The notes under the pieces: model-generated
Databases searched by the model: none
What the model saw: only the letters and a program-made list of their open reading frames with translations
Told to the model about the DNA's origin: nothing
Assembly: GCA_948989975.1 (NCBI GenBank)
Contig: CARHSH010000001.1
Span: 82,906-146,905, forward strand
Length of the DNA stretch: 64,000 nt
Origin: an uncultured Lachnospiraceae bacterium
GTDB lineage: Bacteria > Bacillota > Clostridia > Lachnospirales > Lachnospiraceae
Direction of reading: 5' to 3'
In this document: one piece after another, positions 8,555 to 17,078 of the stretch
How the letters are laid out: each line of letters begins with the position of its first letter
Numbering within the stretch: the stretch's first letter is position 1
Program-made: the position numbers and the translations under genes

Positions 8555-9784
8555 ATGGGTTCCGTCACAGGAAAAGCTTTGTTGGAAAATGGAAAGCGGA
8601 TATGTGGGTTTATAGACAAACGGGCAAAGGACATACGCCAATGCATCGGGTATCCGGTCTATGACATTGAGACATTGAAAAAGAAAGCGGGCAGACACGC
8701 TGTGATTTTTGTGGCGGTGAAAAATGTTTTTTATCATATGGACATTGCAGTGGAATTGTACGCAAATGGCTTTGAGAGAATTATATATAAGTCATGCCAT
8801 GCCATTCATGGAACGATGTCAGGGGAAGAACAGTTATTAGATAAGGCGTATGAACTGATATATAAAACAGGGGACATTCCGGATTTTGAGATACCTATTG
8901 TACTGCCAAAACAGGAATTTCAATGGACGCCAAGCAGGATTCTTTTAGAAACAGAGGAATATGTGACATTGAACGCGCCGTTAGAACAGATTTATACGGG
9001 AGTGACTGCGGCGAAATGGACAAATACGCCCGTTTTGTCATTAATTCCGTATATTGAACTGTTCCGTTATTTTGAAGGGGACAGCCAGTGCAGGCCAGAT
9101 GATTATATTGCGCTTTGTGAGGAAGGGGCGCGGAGTGAACAGATTGAAATAACGGATAGTTGGAAGCAATATGCGCTCGAAAACCGGTTTCATATTTTCG
9201 GGCAAATGCGGTGGCAGTATGAACATGAACCTGAGTTTTTTACCGTACAGGCGCCAGAGGCGGCATGGGACAAAAGGGGATATTTCCGCCTGCTGACCGG
9301 CAAGCACAGGATTTGTTTTTTGATTGCGATGGGAAAGACAAGCGCGCCGCTGAAAATTCGCAAAGACACATGGAGGGCGATCTGTGAAGATCCTAAATTA
9401 CATGAAATCCGCCAGATCTTAGAACGCAGCCCAAATGCGCAAATGCCGCTTCCGCACATTTATTTTCAGGGAAACCGGCAGTTTCATTGTATATTTTATC
9501 AAAAAAAGCTGAGAGAGATTTATTGGCAGATGTACAAAACCGGACAAATGTGTGGGCAGGAAAGAGAAACTTTAGAAATTCTCGATCAGACGCAGGACAG
9601 CGGATATTTTTCCCTGATATTTTCACAGATGGGCTTTTGCGTCTACAGGGATTTCAGGCTGTCTTCCGATAAGAATGAAATTTATCAGAAATTGGGAATG
9701 AAAATTTCAGAACGGGCAGATAGCGCTTCAAAAACGCGGATAAAGCTGGATGGGGAGGGAAATTTTCAAAATGAAAACGACTGA
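8555..9784 (+). CDS. Uncharacterised protein, paralog 3 of 3 (ParB/Srx-like TGKHR); N-terminal Rossmann motif partly lies upstream of the only in-frame ATG
   Basis: FRLLTGKHRICFLIAMGKTSAPL. The in-frame upstream codons encode EEVYIYGASY, which aligns to LWIYGAAFGG in paralog 1, but there is no ATG/GTG/TTG between the stop at 8474-8476 and ATG 8555. Confidence 0.45.
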   Translation: MGSVTGKALLENGKRICGFIDKRAKDIRQCIGYPVYDIETLKKKAGRHAVIFVAVKNVFYHMDIAVELYANGFERIIYKSCHAIHGTMSGEEQLLDKAYELIYKTGDIPDFEIPIVLPKQEFQWTPSRILLETEEYVTLNAPLEQIYTGVTAAKWTNTPVLSLIPYIELFRYFEGDSQCRPDDYIALCEEGARSEQIEITDSWKQYALENRFHIFGQMRWQYEHEPEFFTVQAPEAAWDKRGYFRLLTGKHRICFLIAMGKTSAPLKIRKDTWRAICEDPKLHEIRQILERSPNAQMPLPHIYFQGNRQFHCIFYQKKLREIYWQMYKTGQMCGQERETLEILDQTQDSGYFSLIFSQMGFCVYRDFRLSSDKNEIYQKLGMKISERADSASKTRIKLDGEGNFQNEND

Positions 9785-11315
9785 TTTAGAGTTTGAATAC
9801 AATGAGCGGGCAGACGGCTATATTTATGTGAATGAAGACAAGTTAGAAACAGAGGTAAAAGAATTGCTCCGGTCGGGAAAAGACGTTGAAGCGCTGCGCA
9901 TGAACGAAGAAATTTCAAGGGAGGCCTATCTGTGCCTTACAAAAAAACGGGAAGCTGTTTTAAAGTGGTACCATTTCAAAGAAGAATCTGAGATTTTAGA
10001 GATTGGAGCCGGATACGGGGAACTGACAGAATATCTTTGCCGCCACAGCAGGCATGTGACGAGTTATGAGAGGAAAACCGAGCGCGCCGACATTATTAAA
10101 ATGCGCTGCCAGCCATATGGGAATTTGGACTGCCATTCCGGTTTATTACAAGATATGCGTTGGCAAAAGACATATGATTATATATTTTTGCATGATATTT
10201 TAGCATTATCCCGAAAGTTTTTTAAAGGGGAAGATGCAAGCGTAGAGATGCTTAAGTTTTTGCTTCCATATCTTAAAGAAGACGGAAAATTTATCATAAC
10301 GGTTGAAAACCGTCTTGGGCTTAAGTATTTTGCCGGGGCGGCAGAAGAAATTTCCTCACAGTTTTTTTGGGGGCTTAATCTTTTTGACGAAGATGAAAGA
10401 GGCAGGACATTTTCAAGAAAAGAATTGGAACGGGTTCTGCAAAAAAGTGGTTTAGAAAATATAAATTGGTTTTATCCGTATCCTGATTTGGCATATCCGT
10501 TAGAGATTTATACAGATGAAGTCATGGATAAAATGGGATATGGGATCTCTATGCCGGATTATGAAATTGTTTCAGACCGTTATCAGTTTTTTGATGAGCA
10601 GAGAATGTTTTGGGCTTTAAGGAACGAGGGGATTGCAAATCGGTTTGTGAATGCGTTTTTTGTGGAATGTTCCAGAAAAGAATCCGGCAAACAGCTTTTA
10701 TTTGCGGATTTAAAAAATGGATTTACCATAAAGGAACAGACAGAACAAGGCTTTATAGACGGGAGTGGGAATCTTCTTCCTAAAGGGGAACGGCTCGATG
10801 TGTATCTGGCAGGAAAACTTCAGGAAACCGTGAATTGCAATCTGGGCGGCAAGAATCCATTTATATCTGAAATTTATGATGTGTTCCGTGAAATATATTT
10901 GTATTTACAGAAGTCTTTTTGCAGGATACAGGATTTCTATTATTCAGACGGCAAGATTGCGCTGCATGAACAAAAGCAAGAGAAAAAACCGGCGTCGGAG
11001 TATTGGCGCTGGGAATTGGTTTATGAATGGTATTTCAGGCATGTCATGTTTTACAGAAACGCAAAAAGAAGAATTTTGCTGGAAGATTTGCTGGAGATTG
11101 TACAGGTAAACACCGGGCATATTGCAGAATATTTGAAGGTTTGGAAAGATAAGTCAGAGAAGCATTATATTACGCCGAGATTGTCGCAGAATATGTTTGA
11201 TTTTGAAGCGGAAGCGGCAAAGGATGCGAGGTATTTTGGGCAGGAACTAATAAATAAAAGGACATTAAAAGATAAATTGGAAAGTATGTGGAGCATAGGC
11301 GGGGAAACGGAATGA
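9771..11315 (+). CDS. Class I SAM-dependent methyltransferase with ~300-aa C-terminal extension of unknown function
   Basis: LEIGAGYGELTEYL (motif I) and DYIFLHDIL. RBS GGGGAGGG upstream of ATG 9771. Overlaps the end of the preceding gene. Confidence 0.55.
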   Translation: MKTTDLEFEYNERADGYIYVNEDKLETEVKELLRSGKDVEALRMNEEISREAYLCLTKKREAVLKWYHFKEESEILEIGAGYGELTEYLCRHSRHVTSYERKTERADIIKMRCQPYGNLDCHSGLLQDMRWQKTYDYIFLHDILALSRKFFKGEDASVEMLKFLLPYLKEDGKFIITVENRLGLKYFAGAAEEISSQFFWGLNLFDEDERGRTFSRKELERVLQKSGLENINWFYPYPDLAYPLEIYTDEVMDKMGYGISMPDYEIVSDRYQFFDEQRMFWALRNEGIANRFVNAFFVECSRKESGKQLLFADLKNGFTIKEQTEQGFIDGSGNLLPKGERLDVYLAGKLQETVNCNLGGKNPFISEIYDVFREIYLYLQKSFCRIQDFYYSDGKIALHEQKQEKKPASEYWRWELVYEWYFRHVMFYRNAKRRILLEDLLEIVQVNTGHIAEYLKVWKDKSEKHYITPRLSQNMFDFEAEAAKDARYFGQELINKRTLKDKLESMWSIGGETE

Positions 11316-12178
11316 AAGAGTTGACAAAGGAGATTATCCAATATATCGGCGCGGTCAAAAAGGAGTATGAAAAGAGGTATCATATCCAGATTTTAATGTG
11401 GACAGTGAGAAAATCATTTCTGAGGGGCTTGGAACGAAAGACAAGTGATTTGGACGTTGTGTTTGTGTTCCAAAATTTAGATTCAAAGAAGAAAAAAATT
11501 ATCTTTGAGCGCGCAGACCGCAGAATTGAGCTGCAATGCTGGGACATACAGGATATATTGGAAATCATTGCTGAGAATAAAAGGCGATCTTTACAGGAAA
11601 AGAAGTTTTTCCCATACTATAAAAGCAATGAGTTGAAACATTATATTTTGGATTATTACCATGGCTTTTATGCCGGCTGGGATTCTGCGCTGATGAAAGA
11701 TGAGTATGGATTTTGCCAAAATTGCGGGAAACATATCTTTCATCTTTATGAACCGTTTGTTGTGGCAAATATGTTGTATTTGGATTTAAAAGGGCAGTGT
11801 AAACGCGTCGAAATGGGGTATTGGCTGTCTTTAAATGAATACATTAATGCTATCTGGTCAGGGTTAGCGGGGCTTCATGCGCTTTCAAATGGCAGGCCTT
11901 CCGATACGCAGATACGGTTTTTGGCGGAAACGTATCTGAACGGGGAGGAGGCCAAAATGCTACTAAGCTATGTTGCGCATTTTAAACAGACAGTCCAAAA
12001 GCAGAGTAATTACTGCAATATGGAAGCGTTAAACCAAATGCTTTTGGATCTTAAGCTTAGGTTGGAGAAAAAAATGAAACAGTTTAACATACAAGAGATT
12101 GACATAGAAAAAGAACTTTTGGATATTGAAGGTCAATTAAAGGAAATGAGGAATGTTTATGAAAATTCAAGTTGCTGA
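11312..12178 (+). CDS. Pol-beta-superfamily nucleotidyltransferase-fold protein
   Basis: RGLERKTSDLDVVFVF matches the G[SG]x9-13DxD nucleotidyltransferase signature. ATGA stop/start overlap with the upstream gene. Confidence 0.45.
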   Translation: MKELTKEIIQYIGAVKKEYEKRYHIQILMWTVRKSFLRGLERKTSDLDVVFVFQNLDSKKKKIIFERADRRIELQCWDIQDILEIIAENKRRSLQEKKFFPYYKSNELKHYILDYYHGFYAGWDSALMKDEYGFCQNCGKHIFHLYEPFVVANMLYLDLKGQCKRVEMGYWLSLNEYINAIWSGLAGLHALSNGRPSDTQIRFLAETYLNGEEAKMLLSYVAHFKQTVQKQSNYCNMEALNQMLLDLKLRLEKKMKQFNIQEIDIEKELLDIEGQLKEMRNVYENSSC

Positions 12179-13964
12179 TTATGTTGCGCAGTTTTTAATG
12201 GAAAAAGGAATTACGGATCTTTTTTCAGTAGTAGGCGGCGGCTCGATGTTTCTAAATGATGCGTTTGGGAGGGCAAAAGGCATACGCTGTATTTATAACC
12301 ATCATGAGCAGGCCTGCGCCATGGCGGCAGAAGCTTATTTTAAGTATAAAAACCAAATGGCGGCTGTCTGCGTGACGTCAGGGCCGGGCGGGACAAATGC
12401 TCTGACAGGGGTTCTTGGCGCATGGCAGGATAGCATCCCGTTATTTATTATTTCCGGACAGGTTCGTTATGAGACAACGGTAGACAGCGCAGGACTTTCT
12501 TTGCGGCAGTTTGGGGGACAGGAGCATCAAATTGTGGATACTGTCAAAAATATAACGAAGTATGCGGCAATGGTGAAAAAAGCGGAAGACGTCAGATGGC
12601 ATTTGGAAAAAGCGTATGATATGGCAATGGATGGAAGACGGGGGCCGGTTTGGCTGGATATTCCATTAAATGTGCAGAGCGCTGAAATTGAAACGGAATC
12701 GTTAAAAGGGTTTCAGAAACCTGAGAAAGACACAGAGAAGGCAAAAGGGTATGTAGATTCTATTTTGGAAGAATTAAAGAAGGCGGAACGGCCGTTAATC
12801 ATAGCGGGTTCCGCAGTCCGGACTTCCGGCGCGCAAGACGTTTTTCTCAGGCTGTTGGAACGGCTGCATATTCCGGTGACATATCCTCTGGTCGTGTCCG
12901 ATTTGGTAAGCAATGAGAATCGTCAGGCGGTAGGCTGTTTTGGAGGGGCAGGGACGAGAGCCGGAAATTTTGCAGTCCAAAATGCGGATTTACTGCTTGT
13001 GTTTGGATGCAGAATGGCATTTTCCCATATTGGGTTTAATTATGAAAAATTTTCTCCGGCTTCCAGAAAGATTGTAGTAGACATAGATGAGGCGGAACAG
13101 TCAAAACCCACGATGAAACGCGATATAAAAATATTGGCAGACGTACGGGATATACTTGAAGAAATGGAAAAGCGTGATTTATGCGGTATGCCTTCCTATC
13201 CAAAATGGAATGCGTATTGTCAGGAATTAAAGAAAAGATTTCCGATCTATCAAAAGCATCATGAAACAAGCGAAGATGGAAGGGTCAATCCTTATTTTAT
13301 GGCAAAAGCATTGTCGGATCGTATGGATGAACATGGCATTATCGCGCTTGGCAATAGTTCGGGATTAGATCCAAAACTTCAGTATGGCATAGAGAAACAA
13401 GGGGAACGGGTTATTTTAAATTGTAACTGCGGTTCTATGGGATACTGCCTTCCGGCAGGCATTGGCGCCGCGGCGGCTTCGGGCAGACGGGTGGTTGTAT
13501 ATACAGGGGACGGATGTATGCAGATGAACATACAGGAGCTTTTAACCATTTCTCACAATAAACTTCCGGTAAAAATCATTGTGCTGAATAATAAAGGATA
13601 TGGCGGAGTGGTCGCTACGCAGACTAATTTTTTCGATGGGCATCTGTGCGGCTGTACGGAGGAATCCGGCATCAGTATGCCGGACTTTGAAAAGCTTGCG
13701 TATGCGTATGGATTTCAATATGTCAGGGCCGAGAACCATGAGCAGGTAGAAAAGGCTTTGGATGCATTATTATGTGATGACGCCCCGGCAATATGTGAGG
13801 TGTATCAAGATATGATTCAGGGGATTGAACCTAGGGTTTCAAGCAGGAAGTTAGAAGATGGGACATTGGTTTCAACCGGAATTGATGACTTAGCCCCATT
13901 CCTTCCTTTAGAAGAATATGAGGCCTGCCAATATGAGAATTGGGTGAAAGGCGGAAAAGAATGA
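12153..13964 (+). CDS. Thiamine-diphosphate-dependent enzyme of the acetolactate synthase / YerE-like carboligase family
   Basis: 603 aa. N-terminal TPP-enzyme pyrimidine-binding domain (VVGGGSMFLND, CVTSGPGGTNALTG). C-terminal TPP-binding GDGCMQMN...LNNKGYGGV. Confidence 0.7.
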   Translation: MFMKIQVADYVAQFLMEKGITDLFSVVGGGSMFLNDAFGRAKGIRCIYNHHEQACAMAAEAYFKYKNQMAAVCVTSGPGGTNALTGVLGAWQDSIPLFIISGQVRYETTVDSAGLSLRQFGGQEHQIVDTVKNITKYAAMVKKAEDVRWHLEKAYDMAMDGRRGPVWLDIPLNVQSAEIETESLKGFQKPEKDTEKAKGYVDSILEELKKAERPLIIAGSAVRTSGAQDVFLRLLERLHIPVTYPLVVSDLVSNENRQAVGCFGGAGTRAGNFAVQNADLLLVFGCRMAFSHIGFNYEKFSPASRKIVVDIDEAEQSKPTMKRDIKILADVRDILEEMEKRDLCGMPSYPKWNAYCQELKKRFPIYQKHHETSEDGRVNPYFMAKALSDRMDEHGIIALGNSSGLDPKLQYGIEKQGERVILNCNCGSMGYCLPAGIGAAAASGRRVVVYTGDGCMQMNIQELLTISHNKLPVKIIVLNNKGYGGVVATQTNFFDGHLCGCTEESGISMPDFEKLAYAYGFQYVRAENHEQVEKALDALLCDDAPAICEVYQDMIQGIEPRVSSRKLEDGTLVSTGIDDLAPFLPLEEYEACQYENWVKGGKE

Positions 13965-14872
13965 AACTTTGTTTAGGGACTGTCCAACAGGGATTGGAAT
14001 ATGGGATTAATAATAAGTATGGAAAGCCTTCAAAAGAGTATAGCCAAAAAATCTTTTACGAAGCGGTAAAGCATGGGATTACAATGTTTGATACGGCAAG
14101 GGCATATGGAGATGCAGAATTGCTTTTGGGGGAATATTTAAAAGAACATGGGAATCGAAATGAAATCAAGATCATATCAAAACTCCGTCCGAACATACTA
14201 GAAGGTTGTAAGGATATATACGATACGATATGCCGGGAATGTGAAGGCACTTTAAAGCGGATAGGCGTAGAATCCTTAGACGGATATTTGCTCCATACGC
14301 CGGAGTACATCCGAGATCCCAAAGTCGTTTCGGCTCTTTTAAAATTAAAGGAGGAGGGATATGCTTCGCATATAGGCGTATCCATTTACAATATAGAAGA
14401 CGGGGACGTTGCAATCAATACGGGGGCAGTTGACTATATACAGCTTCCTTTTAGCATATTTGACCAGCGCGGAAAAAACAGCGGATTTCTCCGGCGGGCA
14501 AAAGAAGCCAAAATTACGGTATTTGCAAGAAGCATATTTTTGCAGGGATTGTATTTTATGGATGCGGGCAGTCTGCCGGAAAAAGTGAAACGGGCAGAGC
14601 CTATGCTGCGGAACTGGGAGCTGATTTTAGAGGAGCGTCACGCCAATCGGGAAGAAGTCTTAATTGAATTTGTGAAACAGTCCAAAGAGATTGATTATCT
14701 TGTGTTTGGAGTAGACACAGTGGAACAGTTACAAAGAGATATTTCTGTATTCGAAAGCGAAAGTAAATTAGATGAAACTATTTGGAACATAATCGGTGAA
14801 AAATTTTCCGATGTGGAGGAAAGCATTATAATACCAAGTTTATGGGCGAAACAAGAAAGGAAGGGAAAATGA
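13961..14872 (+). CDS. Aldo/keto reductase family oxidoreductase
   Basis: FDTARAYGDAE, LDGYLLH, IGVSIYN: AKR signatures. ATGA overlap with the TPP enzyme. Confidence 0.7.
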   Translation: MKLCLGTVQQGLEYGINNKYGKPSKEYSQKIFYEAVKHGITMFDTARAYGDAELLLGEYLKEHGNRNEIKIISKLRPNILEGCKDIYDTICRECEGTLKRIGVESLDGYLLHTPEYIRDPKVVSALLKLKEEGYASHIGVSIYNIEDGDVAINTGAVDYIQLPFSIFDQRGKNSGFLRRAKEAKITVFARSIFLQGLYFMDAGSLPEKVKRAEPMLRNWELILEERHANREEVLIEFVKQSKEIDYLVFGVDTVEQLQRDISVFESESKLDETIWNIIGEKFSDVEESIIIPSLWAKQERKGK

Positions 14873-15571
14873 TGGGAGCAAAAAACATTTTTTTAACGAC
14901 AGAAGGGGACGCATGGTATAGGAGAAACCGTGAAAAGTTAGAAGAAGAAAGTGGATTTTCGGCGGTGGATTTAATGATTGATTTTCTAAATAGACAAAAA
15001 AAATCTCTGGGGGGGGGTAAATGGCTTTTCGTGGGATAAGCTGAATATTTTGGAAATCGGGTGTAGTTATGGATATAATCTGGCAAAGTTTTGCGAATCA
15101 TTTTCTTGTCAATGTTATGGAATTGAACCGTCAAAAGAAGCGGTAGAAGATGGAAATAGAAGATATAAGGATCTGCCAATTCAATTAACTCAGGGAACAG
15201 GGGATCTTTTGCCGTATGAGGCGGAATCTATGGATGTGGTTATAATGGGATTTTGCATGTTGTGGATGGAGCGGAAAGACATATTGCAGGCATACGCGCA
15301 AGCAGACAGAGTTTTGAAAACAAATGGGATTATGATGGTTTATGATTTTGATGCGAAAATGCCATATCTTAGGGATAATATCCATAATAGAGAAGTGTTT
15401 ACATATAAAATGGATTATGCGCAGCCGTTCATGGCTTTTCCAAACTATTATTTAATGGATAAGACCGTATTTTGCCATATGGGAAATTTTTTTGACAAAA
15501 GAATACAGGAAAGAATATCTTTGCAGATTTTATATAAAGAGTCTTTGGAGGATGCGTATAGGAAAGGATAA
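14869..15571 (+). pseudogene. Class I SAM methyltransferase (paralog of 15598..16293) split into 65-aa and 173-aa pieces by a +1 frameshift at a G9 tract; candidate phase-variable (currently OFF) gene
   Basis: Upstream frame gives MMGAKNIFLTTEGDAWYRRNREKLEE...FLNRQKKSLGGGKWLFVG*. The +1 frame directly after the G tract gives VNGFSWDKLNILEIGCSYGY, collinear with the intact paralog (MNGFAWERFKILEVGCSYGY). Removing one G (G8) restores a single ORF. Confidence 0.7.
15009..15017. repeat. Homopolymeric G9 tract inside a coding sequence (slipped-strand mispairing site)
   Basis: ctgGGGGGGGGtaaatgg. The paralog carries aagagcggtatgggaatgaatgg at the equivalent site, i.e. no homopolymer. Confidence 0.9.
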
Positions 15572-15597
15572 AGGACCAGAGAAAGGCAGGCGGTAAA

Positions 15598-16293
15598 GTG
15601 GAGGCAAAGGAGATATTCTTAACGACAGAAGGGGACGCATGGTATAGAAGAAACCGTGAAAAACTGGAAGAAACAAAAAATTTTATTGCGGCAGAGATAA
15701 TCATAGAATTTTTAAACAGACAAAAGAGCGGTATGGGAATGAATGGCTTTGCATGGGAGCGTTTTAAGATTTTAGAAGTCGGATGCAGTTATGGTTATCA
15801 TTTGGCAAAGTTTTGTGAAGCGTTTCCCTGCCAGTGCTATGGAATTGAGCCGTCAAAAGAAGCGGTGGAAGACGGCAGTCATAAATATAAAGGCCTGCCT
15901 ATGCAGTTAGTTCAGGGGACAGGTGATTCTCTGCCATATGAAGCGGAATCTATGGATATTGTCATTATGGGGTTTTGTATGTTTTGGATGGATAGAAATC
16001 ATCTGCTGCAGGCGTATGCGGAAGCGGACAGGGTCTTAAAACCAAAGGGATTGCTTATAATTTATGATTTTGACACGAAGCTTCCCTATGTCAGAGACAA
16101 TGCGCACAGTAAAGATGTGGATACATTTAAAATGGATTATGCAAAAGCGTTGACGGCTCTGCCGCATTATTACTTAATGGATAAAACGGTGTTTTGCCAT
16201 AAAGGAAATTATTTTGATGAAGATATACAGGAAAGGATTTCCATGCAGATTCTTTATAAGGAGGATTTCAAAGATGCATATATCAGAGGGTGA
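15598..16293 (+). CDS. Class I SAM-dependent methyltransferase (intact paralog)
   Basis: LEVGCSYGYHLAKF, DIVIMGFCMFWMDR, LKPKGLLIIYD. ~60% identical to the frameshifted copy. Confidence 0.65.
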   Translation: MEAKEIFLTTEGDAWYRRNREKLEETKNFIAAEIIIEFLNRQKSGMGMNGFAWERFKILEVGCSYGYHLAKFCEAFPCQCYGIEPSKEAVEDGSHKYKGLPMQLVQGTGDSLPYEAESMDIVIMGFCMFWMDRNHLLQAYAEADRVLKPKGLLIIYDFDTKLPYVRDNAHSKDVDTFKMDYAKALTALPHYYLMDKTVFCHKGNYFDEDIQERISMQILYKEDFKDAYIRG

Positions 16294-17065
16294 ACGGCCG
16301 GATGTTTTGATTATGATACAGGCGAGGACGGGGTCTTCTAGGCTGGCGAATAAAGTTCTGCATAAAATAAAAGGAATCACGGTATTGGAACATGTGATTA
16401 ACCGGATGCAAAAGTGTGAAAATGCGGACGAAGTGATTGTTGCGACAACTGTTGAACAAAATGATTTAGAGATTGTAAAAATTTGCGCAGAAAAAGGCGT
16501 GCGGGTTTATTGCGGTTCAGAACAGGATGTGCTTGACAGGTATTATCAGGCGGCGCGTTTATTTGGACGGGACGGGGAAAAACATATTGTGAGAATTACA
16601 GCGGATTGCCCTATGCACGATTTTAGGATTGTAGACAGGGTAATTAAAGAGCATTTTGCCCATCATGCAGATTATACCTCTAATGCTGAGAGTGAGACAT
16701 TCCCAGATGGGTTAGATGTGGAAGTCTTTCGGTTTGAGGCATTAGAACAGGCATGGCGGGAAGCCAAATTGGCATCGGATCGTGAGCATGTGACGCAATA
16801 TATCAGAAGATGTGAAACAATGACGAAATATTCCGTAGAAAGCGCGGTTAATTACAGAGAGGAACGCTGGACGCTTGATGAGCCGGAAGACGAAGCGTTT
16901 ATAAAAGAAATTTTTGACAGGTTATATGAGAAAGACCCATTCTTTGGAATGGAGCAGGTATTGGAGACGGAACGAAAAGAGCCGGAATTAAAGAAAATAA
17001 ATGCCGCTTTAATTCGAAATGAAGGGTTATTGAAATCATTAGACCGGGATTATATTGTGAAATAA
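16274..17065 (+). CDS. pseF: CMP-nonulosonate (acylneuraminate/pseudaminate) cytidylyltransferase, CTP_transf_3 family
   Basis: IQARTGSSRLANKVL...VATT at the N-terminus (SpsF/NeuA/PseF family). Start ATG 16274 overlaps the upstream stop. It lies within a pse gene run. Confidence 0.6.
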   Translation: MHISEGERPDVLIMIQARTGSSRLANKVLHKIKGITVLEHVINRMQKCENADEVIVATTVEQNDLEIVKICAEKGVRVYCGSEQDVLDRYYQAARLFGRDGEKHIVRITADCPMHDFRIVDRVIKEHFAHHADYTSNAESETFPDGLDVEVFRFEALEQAWREAKLASDREHVTQYIRRCETMTKYSVESAVNYREERWTLDEPEDEAFIKEIFDRLYEKDPFFGMEQVLETERKEPELKKINAALIRNEGLLKSLDRDYIVK

Positions 17066-17078
17066 GGAGGGGTAAAGT

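Noticed and set aside
4610-12178. Alternative reading of the paralog/rSAM/MTase/NTase block as an inserted phage-defence island (ParB-like plus methyltransferase plus nucleotidyltransferase)
   Set aside because: All genes are co-directional and translationally coupled with flanking pse genes (pseB upstream, pseF-H downstream). No nuclease/helicase/ATPase effectors or mobility genes are present. A glycan-tailoring role is more parsimonious, though I cannot exclude the alternative.
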